Part shown: in pieces, positions 18,388 through 27,916 of the stretch
How positions within the stretch are numbered: the first letter of the stretch is position 1
How the letters are laid out: every line of letters begins with the position of its first letter
Made by a program: the position numbers and the translations under genes
Notes under the pieces: model-generated
Seen by the model: only the letters and a program-made list of their open reading frames with translations
Told to the model about the DNA's origin: nothing
Database searches by the model: none
Source: Minisyncoccota bacterium
GTDB lineage: Bacteria > Patescibacteriota > Minisyncoccia > Phycocordibacterales > UBA2100
Length of the DNA stretch: 64,000 nucleotides
Reading direction: 5' to 3'
NCBI GenBank assembly: GCA_031291875.1
Contig: JARLIE010000165.1
Location: 1,119-65,118 of the forward strand

Positions 18388-18747
18388 CTATTCGGTGATC
18401 GTAAGGTTTTTGAGGCGCGACGTCTTCATCGTGTTGCGCGGAAGCATGCGTGAAACAGCGCGGCGGATTGCTTCTGCATTGCCGCCTTTGCGAGCAACGA
18501 GCTGTGCCATCGATTCGATTCGGAGTCCGCCCGGGTAACCAGAATAGGTCGTATAGGTCTTTTGCGTGCGCTTCTTCTCGCGGGTGTAGATTTTTGAAGC
18601 GTTAACGATGCTCACCTTCACCTTGGAATCGATGTGCGGTGTGTAGTCTGCACGAGTCTTACCCATGAGAGCCTTCGCTGCGGCCGAAGCGACGCGACCA
18701 AGCGTCTGGCCTCCTGCGTCGATCGTGTATGTTTTTTCTTCTGTCAT
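18388..18747 (-). CDS. rplM: 50S ribosomal protein L13.
   Basis: ...YTIDAGGQTLGRVASAAAKAL.... The ORF extends to 18786; the internal Met avoids overlap with rplQ. Confidence 0.85.
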   Translation of the reverse strand: MTEEKTYTIDAGGQTLGRVASAAAKALMGKTRADYTPHIDSKVKVSIVNASKIYTREKKRTQKTYTTYSGYPGGLRIESMAQLVARKGGNAEAIRRAVSRMLPRNTMKTSRLKNLTITE

Positions 18748-18751
18748 AAGA

Positions 18752-19105
18752 TTATTGTACGAATTCGATACGAGCTTGCTCGCCAACGCGCTTGCCGATG
18801 CGACCGAGCTTCACGATGCGAGTATATCCGCCTGCGCGGTTGGCGTAACGAGGGGCGATGGTCTCCTTGAGCTTCTTCGCGGCTTCGCTAGAACCGAGGC
18901 GAGAAACAACGTTGCGCTGCGAGGCGAGCGTACCCTTCTTACTTTCGGTGACAAGACGTTCGACGAACGGGCGAAGTTCCTTTGCCTTCGCGACAGTGGT
19001 CGTAAGACCTTCTTGGAGCACCAAGGAGCGCGCCAAAGAGCGAAGCAGTGCGGTGTACTGCCGCTTGGTTCGATGCAATGTTCGTTTGGCTACATGGTGT
19101 CTCAT
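18752..19105 (-). CDS. rplQ: 50S ribosomal protein L17.
   Basis: 117 aa L17 sequence (MRHHVAKRTLHRTKRQ...). Downstream of rpoA as in the alpha operon. Confidence 0.9.
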   Translation of the reverse strand: MRHHVAKRTLHRTKRQYTALLRSLARSLVLQEGLTTTVAKAKELRPFVERLVTESKKGTLASQRNVVSRLGSSEAAKKLKETIAPRYANRAGGYTRIVKLGRIGKRVGEQARIEFVQ

Positions 19106-19123
19106 AGAGGTAAGGTAAATGAA

Positions 19124-20098
19124 TTACTGGGAACGAAGCGTGAGGCCGAGATTGGAAAGCGCGCGTTTGATGTCCTGCAATCCCTTCTGGCCGAGGCCTT
19201 CGATCGAGAGCAGGTCGTCTTCTCGCTTGCGTACCAAGCCACCAACGGTGCGGATCGATGCGTTGTCGAGCGCAGCCTCAACCCGCTGCGGGAGTTGCAA
19301 TTCCGTGATGCGAGTCTTGAGCATTTCTGCGTCCATTTGGCTCGCGCGGTCTTCGCGGATAGCCGGGTGGTTGACGTCCGTGATTGCGGAAAGTTCAGGA
19401 ACTTCCTCTTCCTTGAAACCGACGATCGACTTGAGCTGATGAATCATGGTCTCGATCGAGGATTCAAGCGCTTCGCGAGGCGTGAGGGATCCGTCGGTCT
19501 CGATAAGAATTCGGAGACGGTTGAAGTCGGTGCGGTCGCCGACGCGCATGTTTTCAACTTCATAGTTGACGCGGCGAATCGGAGAGAAGATCGCATCGAG
19601 CGCAATCATACCGATGTCGACTCGTTCTTTTTGGTGCTGTTCCTTCGGAACGTAGCCAAGGCCGCGTTCGGCTGAAAGCTCCATTTCAAGCGAGCTCTTG
19701 CCGGTGATCTCGGCGATGTGCTGCTCCGGGTTCAGGATTTCTACTTGTCCGGGCAAGTTGAGATCAGCTGCGGTCACGTCTTTCGGGCCCTTCGCGTCGA
19801 GCGTGATCGTTTGCGGCTCGTCACTCGTGAGTCGGAAGCGGATCTTGCGGATATTGAGCAAGATAGTGACAACATCTTCCTTGACACCTTCGATGGTTGA
19901 AAATTCGTGCGCAACTCCAGGAATCTTGACGTGCGTTACAGCCGCGCCTCGAAGTGAGGAGAGGATGATGCGGCGAAGCGAGTTGCCGAGCGTGTAGCCG
20001 TAACCCGGGTACAAGCCGTCGATCTCATACGTACCACTGCGCTCCGATTCGGAGACAACGCGCGGTTTCGATGGAAGTGCGATCACGTAGTCGGACAT
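19124..20098 (-). CDS. rpoA: DNA-directed RNA polymerase alpha subunit.
   Basis: 324 aa with N-terminal dimerization and C-terminal alpha-CTD domains (...GYGYTLGNSLRRILLSSL...). Confidence 0.92.
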   Translation of the reverse strand: MSDYVIALPSKPRVVSESERSGTYEIDGLYPGYGYTLGNSLRRIILSSLRGAAVTHVKIPGVAHEFSTIEGVKEDVVTILLNIRKIRFRLTSDEPQTITLDAKGPKDVTAADLNLPGQVEILNPEQHIAEITGKSSLEMELSAERGLGYVPKEQHQKERVDIGMIALDAIFSPIRRVNYEVENMRVGDRTDFNRLRILIETDGSLTPREALESSIETMIHQLKSIVGFKEEEVPELSAITDVNHPAIREDRASQMDAEMLKTRITELQLPQRVEAALDNASIRTVGGLVRKREDDLLSIEGLGQKGLQDIKRALSNLGLTLRSQ

Positions 20099-20178
20099 AA
20101 AATTTGTATGAAGAATACCGGGTTACTAAATTTGATAAAGCGGCGCAAGCGAGAGATAAAACGCACGCCAGTATACCA

Positions 20179-20784
20179 TCACCTGCTGTAAAATTCAAAT
20201 AGTGTCGAATAATCCAGCCCGGCTTCGACTTGGTTGTAGTGCGGCTCTCCGGTGACTTCGATTGTGAGCAAGTTGGCGTCCACGGTAAGCCACTGCGGCA
20301 CCGGACGTTTATCCTCCTTTTCAGCGAGCGAAGCGTAAAGTGAACTGGAGCGAACTCCTTCGCGAACCTCAACCTTGTCCCCTGCCTTCAAGCGGTGCGA
20401 CGGGCGAGTAATCTTTACCCCGTTTACCTTGACGTGTCCGTGCGAAACGGCTTGGCGTGCTGCGCGGCGAGTCGGCGAGAAGCCAGCGCGATAGAGAACG
20501 GAGTCGGCACGCATCTCGAGCGAGCGGTGCAAGTCTCCGGTCGGGTCCTTGTGCCCGATTGCTGCTTGTGCGTAGTTGGAAAGCTGCTTTTCCGAAAGGC
20601 CGTAGGTGTAGCGAATGCGCTGCTTCTCGAGAAGCTGGCGTCCGAAATCCGAACCTCCGCGGCCGCCGCGGCGCTCCTTCTTCGCGCGCGCTTCGGAAAA
20701 CGCAAACTTTTGCGTTTGGGTTTGCTCGAAGATTCCTGCTCCGAGGCGCTTGGCAATCTTGTATTTTGATTTAACGGGAAGCAT
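20179..20784 (-). CDS. rpsD: 30S ribosomal protein S4.
   Basis: 201 aa S4 with the S4 RNA-binding domain (...RLDSVLYRAGF...). Confidence 0.9.
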   Translation of the reverse strand: MLPVKSKYKIAKRLGAGIFEQTQTQKFAFSEARAKKERRGGRGGSDFGRQLLEKQRIRYTYGLSEKQLSNYAQAAIGHKDPTGDLHRSLEMRADSVLYRAGFSPTRRAARQAVSHGHVKVNGVKITRPSHRLKAGDKVEVREGVRSSSLYASLAEKEDKRPVPQWLTVDANLLTIEVTGEPHYNQVEAGLDYSTLFEFYSR

Positions 20785-20799
20785 ATGAAATTTTGAAAA

Positions 20800-21234
20800 T
20801 TAGACGCGGCGGGCTTTGCGCGGGCGCGGACCGTTGTGCGGAACGGGAGTCTCGTCCGCGATACGGGTTACGTCGATGCCCTTGCTCGCGAACCCACGAA
20901 GCGCTGACTCTCGTCCTGCGCCGACGCCGCGGATAACGACATCCACCTCCTTAAGGCCGATAATGTTCGCTTTGTCACCGAGAAGTTCTCCAACCTTCGC
21001 TGCGGCAAACGGAGTTCCCTTCTTCGCCCCGGAAAAACCAAGCGCACCAGCTGAAGACCAGGCAACGGCGTTGCCACCCTTGTCCGAAAGGAGCGCCTTC
21101 GTGTTGTTGTAGGTGGCGTGAATGTGGAGCGTGCCGGCAACAATGTTCTTCTTGGCAACACGTGCCAAAGATCGAGACTTGAGTCCCTGGTCGACGCTAC
21201 CTCCAGATTTGCGGATGATTCGCTTTTTTCCCAT
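20800..21234 (-). CDS. rpsK: 30S ribosomal protein S11.
   Basis: 144 aa (...GTLHIHATYNNTKALLSD...). Confidence 0.9.
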   Translation of the reverse strand: MGKKRIIRKSGGSVDQGLKSRSLARVAKKNIVAGTLHIHATYNNTKALLSDKGGNAVAWSSAGALGFSGAKKGTPFAAAKVGELLGDKANIIGLKEVDVVIRGVGAGRESALRGFASKGIDVTRIADETPVPHNGPRPRKARRV

Positions 21235-21260
21235 AAGAATTTAGTAGATGTGGATTGATT

Positions 21261-21641
21261 TTATGTCTTCTCAAGCTTGCGGCGACCTGACGTCATCGTG
21301 ACACGCTTGTTGCCTCGGACGGTGCGCGAATTGGTTTTCGTGCGCTGACCGCGGGCTGGCAGGCGTTTGGTGTGACGAGTGCCGCGGTAGGCCTTAATGT
21401 CGCGCAGGCGGCGAATATTGGCACTGATTTCGCGCTTGAGCTCACCTTCGAGAGTAAACTTCTCGATTGCCTCTCGAAGAGAGGTCTCTTCCTTTGCGGA
21501 GAGATCCGCCGGTTTGCGATTGGGCTCGATATTGAGTTCGGTAAGCGTTTGTTCTGCGCGTGATCGTCCGACTCCGTAAATAGAAGTCAAAGCGATATCA
21601 AGGCGCTTTTCAGGTACGGTAACTCCAGCGATACGAAGCAT
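21261..21641 (-). CDS. rpsM: 30S ribosomal protein S13.
   Basis: 126 aa (MLRIAGVTVPEKRLDIALTSIYGVGRS...). Confidence 0.9.
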   Translation of the reverse strand: MLRIAGVTVPEKRLDIALTSIYGVGRSRAEQTLTELNIEPNRKPADLSAKEETSLREAIEKFTLEGELKREISANIRRLRDIKAYRGTRHTKRLPARGQRTKTNSRTVRGNKRVTMTSGRRKLEKT

Positions 21642-21646
21642 AATGA

Positions 21647-21763
21647 TTATCCTTGGCGTTGTTTATGACGAGGGTTGGACGAACAAATGATGCGCAGGCG
21701 ACCGCTCCGGCGTACAAGCCGGCAGTGCATGCAGATCTTCTTAACGGAAGCTTTCACTTTCAT
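21647..21763 (-). CDS. rpmJ: 50S ribosomal protein L36.
   Basis: Internal Met of the 87-aa ORF gives [38 protein letters not shown] (38 aa, a zinc ribbon). Confidence 0.9.
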   Translation of the reverse strand: MKVKASVKKICMHCRLVRRSGRLRIICSSNPRHKQRQG

Positions 21764-21773
21764 GTTGAAAAAA

Positions 21774-21980
21774 TTAAACTCTCCTGACAATTCGAGCTCT
21801 TCCGCCGTATGGATCCAGTTCAAGTTGAACCTTATCACCGACGAGCACTCGAATGCGGTGCAGACGCATTTTTCCCGCGAGGTACGCAAGCGTAACTTCA
21901 CCGGAATCAAGCTTTACCCGAAATAGCGTGTTTGGAAGCGCCTCTTCGACGATTCCTTCCACAACTTCAGCGGGAGCCAT
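21774..21980 (-). CDS. infA: Translation initiation factor IF-1.
   Basis: ...[52 protein letters not shown].... S1-like OB fold, started from the internal Met. Confidence 0.88.
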   Translation of the reverse strand: MAPAEVVEGIVEEALPNTLFRVKLDSGEVTLAYLAGKMRLHRIRVLVGDKVQLELDPYGGRARIVRRV

Positions 21981-22033
21981 ATCTGCGCGTCTATGTATAG
22001 CAGCAATCGATTTCCGAGTCAAGAAATCGCGCT

Positions 22034-23494
22034 TTATTGGGAGGCCGCAGGCGGTTCGACGACCACGCTGATGTCTGAAGGATTGGCCGGAAAGGTTGTT
22101 TTCCAGAAAGGCTCGATACGAGCATGGGCCTGCTGGATGCCCGGGAAGCTGCTTGTAATCGTCGTGAAGGCGTTTTGGTCGTGCCCTGCGAGGTCTGAGG
22201 CGAGTGCCACCGTATCGACTTGCCAGACGAGCGTACCGGTACCCGCAAGTTGGAAGCTAAAGGGATCGGTACCGAGCGTCGAGGACGCTTCGGTAATGCC
22301 TTGGGCCGCAAACTTTGCTCCGGGGATGAATGCAAGTGGAACATCCGCAGAGGTTTCCCCGGCATTTGCAGCGAGCGCCTGTGTGAAGGAAGCAAGATCA
22401 AGAACGGGAGTCTGGATAGTTGCTTGTTCATTGATCTGTACGCTGCCGTTCGCTGCAGGTGTGTTGGGTAGGTCTTGATAGGTAATTTGTGTCAATCCCG
22501 GCAGAAGGATCGTTGAAGTGCCATTTTGTGCAGCAAGCGCTGTTTGCGCCTCTTGAGAGAGCTGGCTCTGGAGCGCAGCGCGCGTACTGCTCAAGGTCGT
22601 CGGGTCGACAGCTGCCTGCGTGCCCGAGTAGCCCCCTGTCGTCGAGGCGGTCGATTGTGCGTAGATGTTCGAAAACATAGCCGGTGTCGATTGCAGGCCC
22701 GGGACGGTAAAGCGAGAAACTGCGGAAATGTTGTATTGCTGGCCTGGCTGATCGGCTACGATCGTCGTTGAAATGTGCCCAGGAGTCGTTCCTGACTTGC
22801 CCGGAACAACAACAGCAGTAGGGATGCGGAAAATGAGACCGTTCGGAGTCTCGAAACGAGTATTGGCGATCAATTTGACGGGCCCAGTCGAGTAATCATT
22901 GTAGACAGTGATATTTCCCTGCGCTCTGGTTTCAACATCTTGAGTTCCTTGCGCCTGAACCGTCTTCGATGCTTGGAGGCTGGAGCTTACCAGGGTGTAG
23001 GCGATGGTGTTCGGCGTGTTGTCGGCCGCCGGATAGGCGGTGAATTGAGAGGTTTGATCAAACGTGATGACGTGCGAGCGAGGAATCACCGTAACCGTTG
23101 TCTTTCGAAAGGCAAAGAGTGCGAGGCCGGCAAGCAGCACGATGAGAATGAATGCCACAATCCATGGCCACCAACGGAACGTCTTCGGTCGCTTCGGCTT
23201 GGGCGGAAGCGGCGGAACACCGAAGTCGGATGGATTTCGCTGATCGTTCACCGCAGGTCGTGAGGGTCTCGAAATGCGCTGAGGAGCATTGATATTTCGA
23301 ATACTTCGCTCGGGTGTCGGAACCTCTTCTTCCACTACTTCGTCCTCGGGCTCATCTTGTGGCTCGGGAGACGGAGGCGGGGTTACTTTGCGAGGCGCTG
23401 GTGCTGCGTTTACCCGAACGGCGCGGCGCGGCGCGTCATCCGGCGGTGTGATGTCTTGAAAATAGTCTTTTGCCATAAATCGGAAGTATATCAC
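22034..23494 (-). CDS. Hypothetical membrane-anchored protein with a Pro-rich cytoplasmic N-terminus and a large Ser/Thr/Gln-rich extracytoplasmic domain.
   Basis: 486 aa with a single TM (WWPWIVAFILIVLLAGLALFAF). No recognisable catalytic motifs. It occupies the position usually held by secY/adk/map upstream of infA. Confidence 0.45.
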   Translation of the reverse strand: MIYFRFMAKDYFQDITPPDDAPRRAVRVNAAPAPRKVTPPPSPEPQDEPEDEVVEEEVPTPERSIRNINAPQRISRPSRPAVNDQRNPSDFGVPPLPPKPKRPKTFRWWPWIVAFILIVLLAGLALFAFRKTTVTVIPRSHVITFDQTSQFTAYPAADNTPNTIAYTLVSSSLQASKTVQAQGTQDVETRAQGNITVYNDYSTGPVKLIANTRFETPNGLIFRIPTAVVVPGKSGTTPGHISTTIVADQPGQQYNISAVSRFTVPGLQSTPAMFSNIYAQSTASTTGGYSGTQAAVDPTTLSSTRAALQSQLSQEAQTALAAQNGTSTILLPGLTQITYQDLPNTPAANGSVQINEQATIQTPVLDLASFTQALAANAGETSADVPLAFIPGAKFAAQGITEASSTLGTDPFSFQLAGTGTLVWQVDTVALASDLAGHDQNAFTTITSSFPGIQQAHARIEPFWKTTFPANPSDISVVVEPPAASQ

Positions 23495-23512
23495 GCATGG
23501 AAGCGCGGAGAT

Positions 23513-24649
23513 TTATGAAGAAAGCTCCGTGTTGACAAGATTGCACGCGATGCAAAGATCTGCGTCCGTAAATAACGAAGGCTCGTTTTTTGGAACACCG
23601 GAGAGTTGGCGGACCGTGAATGAGCCCGCAGTGAGCGACCGGGTGGTCGCCGTAAACTGAGTAAAGTCGATGCGGGCAAAGAATCGCGAAAGCCACGGCG
23701 CAAGCGATGGCGGCACAATGAGAATCAGCTCGTCCGGAAGTTTGCGCCCGGCAGTCACCTTCGCCAATGCTTCACCGAAGACGTGGACGAGCTCCGGCTC
23801 CGCCTTTGCAATAGAATCTCGCAACTCTGTGCACGCCGCATCGTCGCACTCATCCTTCTCGAGCATATCCATGAGCGTGATTGTTTCGGCCGCAGGCTTC
23901 CCCTTAGCGAGGGTATCCATGATTTGTCGCACGCCTTGTTCGACGAGCACACGTTGATCGAGCACTCCTTTGTGGACCGAAATCAGATCCGTCGCCTCGC
24001 CATCCATCTCGACGATGAGGTATGAGCCCGAAGGGTCGATTTGTGTTGCCGCGACGAGATCCGCTCTCGCGCTCGAGCGCCAGAGAATGCTTGTTCCCGG
24101 GAACAGTTTCGCGAGCGCTTCTGTCGCACCAGTTTTAATACCCTTGTCACAATCGCTTATAAGTGTAAAAACATCAATTTCTTGGGCGCGCTTCGCGGCG
24201 GGATCGGATGCGGGATAGCCGTTTAGAAGGATCCGAGAGACGCTCGCCTCCATAAAATTTGCCCGGTCTATGTCTTTTTGAGTCTCGAGTGCCTGTTTGG
24301 CTAGTTCGGAAATCATCGCATCCGTAATAGCTGTCGCACGATCTAGTTTCGTACCCGCCGAACCCGAAAAGGACCTGCTCCAGGGCGAACCGACAACGAC
24401 ATAACACGTAGAAATCGCTTTTTTTCCAACCTTGGTATACTCCGCCAAGACCTTTTCGCCCGCGGTAGCAAGCGCCTGTAGCACACCGGAGAGCTGTGCC
24501 TCCTTGCTTCTTACCTCGAGCGCAAGCTCCTCCCTTGCGTGCGCCAGAAGTTCCGGTTGTTGACCGGTTTTGAGAAGCGCGATCCCTGCACTGCCGCTTT
24601 CGATCAGGGCGATCGCCACTACTTGTCCGTTCGAACGCTTGCCGAACAT
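23513..24649 (-). CDS. Hypothetical protein, possibly of the actin-like ATPase fold (FtsA/PilM-like). Assigned from weak motif resemblance only.
   Basis: An internal start MFGKRSNGQVVAIALIESGSAGIALL (phosphate-1-like) and a later YLIVEMDGEATDLISVHKG (phosphate-2-like). The ORF extends to 24880. Confidence 0.3.
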   Translation of the reverse strand: MFGKRSNGQVVAIALIESGSAGIALLKTGQQPELLAHAREELALEVRSKEAQLSGVLQALATAGEKVLAEYTKVGKKAISTCYVVVGSPWSRSFSGSAGTKLDRATAITDAMISELAKQALETQKDIDRANFMEASVSRILLNGYPASDPAAKRAQEIDVFTLISDCDKGIKTGATEALAKLFPGTSILWRSSARADLVAATQIDPSGSYLIVEMDGEATDLISVHKGVLDQRVLVEQGVRQIMDTLAKGKPAAETITLMDMLEKDECDDAACTELRDSIAKAEPELVHVFGEALAKVTAGRKLPDELILIVPPSLAPWLSRFFARIDFTQFTATTRSLTAGSFTVRQLSGVPKNEPSLFTDADLCIACNLVNTELSS

Positions 24650-24662
24650 CGGCTCTATTGTA

Positions 24663-26579
24663 TCAGAGCAAAACGGCCTTAATGCGACGAATGCCCGAGG
24701 CAACGGCCTCCTCCTTTTGAATCTTAAAGACTCCGGCAAGTTCTTTTGTGTTTTGTACGTGCGGGCCGCCGCAGAATTCGATGGAAAACGCGCTTGAGAA
24801 CTCAGGATCTTCAGACGTCGCCTCTTTTGGACCGATTGAATAGACAGAAACCATATCGGGATACTTTGCGCCGAATTCATGCTCTGCGCCGAGCTTCTCA
24901 GCCTCTTCCTTTGGGAGAGTTGAGCGTGTGACTGGCAGCTCTTCTTTAATTTTTTCGTTCACGATTTTCTCAACCTCGGCAATCTGCTCTTTCGTCAGCT
25001 TCGACCCGTACGAAAAGTCGATGCGGAGTCGCTCTTGCGTGATATTGGAGCCCCGTTGGTGTACTTCGGGCCCGAGAACCGTCTGTAGCGCCTTGAGAAG
25101 CAGGTGGTGCGCCGTGTGCAGCCGTGTGGTCTTTTCGGACGTGTCGGCGAGACCGCCCTTAAATTTTTGTTCGGATCCGGCTCGAGAGAGATCGCGATGC
25201 TTCTTCATTTCTCGCTCGAACCCATCGGTATCGACGTCGATGTTGCGCTCGCGAGCCAGTTCCAGCGTCATCTCGAACGGGAATCCGTACGTGGTGAAAA
25301 GGGTGAACGCCTCGGAAGCCTCGATGTGGCCTGTCGCGGCGATCTTTTCGAATTCCCGCATGCCGACCTCAAGCGCCTTGCCGAACTGTTTCTCCTCCTT
25401 CCAGATCTCGCTCGTGATCAGTTCGTACGCCTCCTCGCTCGCGAGCTCCGGATAGGCCTGCTTGTATTTTTCTATAATAAGAATCGCACAGCGATTGAGC
25501 ATACTCTCTTCGTTTTGGTCTTGCGGTATGCCCAGCTTCTGAGCATGTTGTGCCGCTCGACGGATAAGACGCCGCAACACGTACCCCCGCTCGGTGTTTG
25601 ACGGTCGTACGCCGTCGCCGAGCATCATGGTGGCGGCTCGCATATGATCCGCGATTACCCGAAACGATTTTTGGTATCTGCTGTCGTTATATTCCTTGCC
25701 CGAAAAGTGCTCCAGTAAGGTGACTATTTCCGAAAGTGCGTCCACCGCAACGAACACATCCGGATTTCCCTGCGCGGCTGCGGCGAGGCGCTCGAGGCCC
25801 CCGCCAAAATCGACGTTGCGCTGCGCGAGTTTCTCAAAGCCGCTTTCGCGCTTGATGAATTCCATGAATACGTTGTTGCCGATTTCCATAAATCGGCCGC
25901 AATCGCAGTTGGGGTGGCATTGTGCACCGTATTTGGGATCGTGGGGCGTACCGAAGTCGTAAAACATCTCGGAATCCGGTCCACCCGGCTCACCCACCGG
26001 CATGTTGGCTGGCTTCCCTGCACGACTCCACCAATTCTTGCTTACGTCGTACGCGAAAATGCGTCCGCCGCGCATGCCAAGACGATAGCCGTCGGCTTCG
26101 GATCCGATCGAAACGAATTCCGCATCGATACCGACGCTCGCAAACATCTCTTTCCAAATGTCGATCGATTCATCGTCTTGCGGTACGCCGATCGAAGGTT
26201 CTCCGGCAAAAACAGTGACGTACAAATTTTGAGGATCAATACCAAGCTCTTGCGTGAGAAACTCAAACATCCATGGTATCTGCTCGCGCTTGAAGTAGTC
26301 GCCGAGCGACCAGTTGCCGAGCATTTCAAAAAACGTGGTGTGGCGGTTGTCACCAACCTCGTCGATGTCTACCTCACGAAACGATTTTTGACTGTCGGTG
26401 ATACGCGTGCCGAGCGGGTGCCGCTCGCCGAGGAGGTACGGGATCATCGGCTGCATTCCGGAACCCGTAAAAAGCGTGGTCGGATCGTTTTGTGGTACCA
26501 GCGACGCGCTCGGAATAATCGTGTGTCCTTTCTGTTCGAAAAACTTCAGATATTTCGAGCGAATTTCGTTGATGGTCAT
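24663..26579 (-). CDS. alaS: Alanyl-tRNA synthetase, truncated form lacking the C-terminal C-Ala/DHHA1 region.
   Basis: The N-terminal catalytic core (FTGSGMQ..., WSLGDYF) and an editing domain with HTAHHLL and CGGPHV motifs. 638 aa versus ~870 aa for canonical AlaRS. Confidence 0.88.
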   Translation of the reverse strand: MTINEIRSKYLKFFEQKGHTIIPSASLVPQNDPTTLFTGSGMQPMIPYLLGERHPLGTRITDSQKSFREVDIDEVGDNRHTTFFEMLGNWSLGDYFKREQIPWMFEFLTQELGIDPQNLYVTVFAGEPSIGVPQDDESIDIWKEMFASVGIDAEFVSIGSEADGYRLGMRGGRIFAYDVSKNWWSRAGKPANMPVGEPGGPDSEMFYDFGTPHDPKYGAQCHPNCDCGRFMEIGNNVFMEFIKRESGFEKLAQRNVDFGGGLERLAAAAQGNPDVFVAVDALSEIVTLLEHFSGKEYNDSRYQKSFRVIADHMRAATMMLGDGVRPSNTERGYVLRRLIRRAAQHAQKLGIPQDQNEESMLNRCAILIIEKYKQAYPELASEEAYELITSEIWKEEKQFGKALEVGMREFEKIAATGHIEASEAFTLFTTYGFPFEMTLELARERNIDVDTDGFEREMKKHRDLSRAGSEQKFKGGLADTSEKTTRLHTAHHLLLKALQTVLGPEVHQRGSNITQERLRIDFSYGSKLTKEQIAEVEKIVNEKIKEELPVTRSTLPKEEAEKLGAEHEFGAKYPDMVSVYSIGPKEATSEDPEFSSAFSIEFCGGPHVQNTKELAGVFKIQKEEAVASGIRRIKAVLL

Positions 26580-26644
26580 CGAATTAAAATAGCGTGAGCC
26601 GCACTTTTGCGCAATGAGCCTCTGGGCGCTACTATGCCCGAGCT

Positions 26645-27916
26645 ATGAACTACAACACCCACACCCTCAAAAACGGCCTGCGAGTCGTCCTTGCCCCGAT
26701 GCCGGGCACCGAGACCGCAACCGTCGTTATTATGACTGGCACCGGCTCGCGCTATGAGGACGAGCGGGAAAACGGCCTCGCGCACTTTCTCGAGCACATG
26801 TTCTTTAAGGGTACAAAAAAACGACCAAGCGCGAAGGCGATCAGTGAGGAGCTAGATGGCGTCGGCGCGGTTTACAACGCGTTTACGTCCAAGGATCGCA
26901 CAGCGTACTACGCCAAGGTCGGTGCCCAATACGTGGAGGTCGCGCTAGACGTAATTACGGATATCTTTTTGAACTCGACGCTGCCTGAAAAGGAAATCAA
27001 CAAAGAGCGTGGCGCGGTCATTCAGGAAATAGATATGTACGAAGATATTCCGATGCGCATTGTCGACAATGTCTTCGAGGAGCTCCTCTTCGGCAAGGAT
27101 CACCCGCTTGGCCGTACCATTTTGGGGCCAAAAGAAAATATCCGTGCGTTTTCTCGCAAGGATTTCGTGACGTACCGCAAAAAGCATTACAACGCAGCGA
27201 GTTCCGTCGTTTGCGTAGCCGGCAACTTTGACGAGAAGAAGACCTTGGAAAAAATACAGAAGGTGTTCGGCAAATTGCCGAAGGCGAGCGTCTCGAAGCC
27301 GATGCTCTTTGCGGACGCGCAGCGCGGCGCGCGCGTCGCGATCAAGCAAAAGAGCACTGACCAGACGCAGCTCATGCTCGGACTGCCCGCCTATCCCTAC
27401 CTCCACAAGGACGAATACGCGCTTGCGGTGCTTTCGACCTTGCTCGGCGGCAGTATGTCGAGCCGACTCTTCACTGAAGTGCGCGAAAAACGTGGTCTTG
27501 CCTACTCGGTGCAATCCTGGATCGAGAAATACCCCGACACCGGCTATTTTGCGGTGCAGGCGGGCGTCGAACACGGCAAACTCGAAAAGGCCATAGAAAC
27601 CATTATCGCTGAATTCCGCAAAGTGAAGGTGAAAAAAGTTTCTGCTGCGGAACTAAAGAAGGCCAAGGCATACTTGAAAGGAACGACAACGCTCTCACTC
27701 GAAACCAGTGACGAGGTTGCCCAAAACGCGCTCACTTCTCTGCTTGAAATCGGTAGAATTCGTTCGCTCGAAGAGCGCCTGCAGCTGATCGATAAGGTTA
27801 CGGCCGAAGATCTTCAACGCGTCGCCAAGGACATTTTCAAATCTGAGAAGTTGAACCTCGCTATCATCGGGCCGCACCCGGACGAACACAAATTCGTTCC
27901 GCTTCTCAGGATCTAG
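26645..27916 (+). CDS. M16-family zinc peptidase (pitrilysin/insulinase-like).
   Basis: HFLEHMFFKGT (inverted zincin HxxEH) plus the downstream E of the motif. 423 aa. Confidence 0.8.
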   Translation: MNYNTHTLKNGLRVVLAPMPGTETATVVIMTGTGSRYEDERENGLAHFLEHMFFKGTKKRPSAKAISEELDGVGAVYNAFTSKDRTAYYAKVGAQYVEVALDVITDIFLNSTLPEKEINKERGAVIQEIDMYEDIPMRIVDNVFEELLFGKDHPLGRTILGPKENIRAFSRKDFVTYRKKHYNAASSVVCVAGNFDEKKTLEKIQKVFGKLPKASVSKPMLFADAQRGARVAIKQKSTDQTQLMLGLPAYPYLHKDEYALAVLSTLLGGSMSSRLFTEVREKRGLAYSVQSWIEKYPDTGYFAVQAGVEHGKLEKAIETIIAEFRKVKVKKVSAAELKKAKAYLKGTTTLSLETSDEVAQNALTSLLEIGRIRSLEERLQLIDKVTAEDLQRVAKDIFKSEKLNLAIIGPHPDEHKFVPLLRI

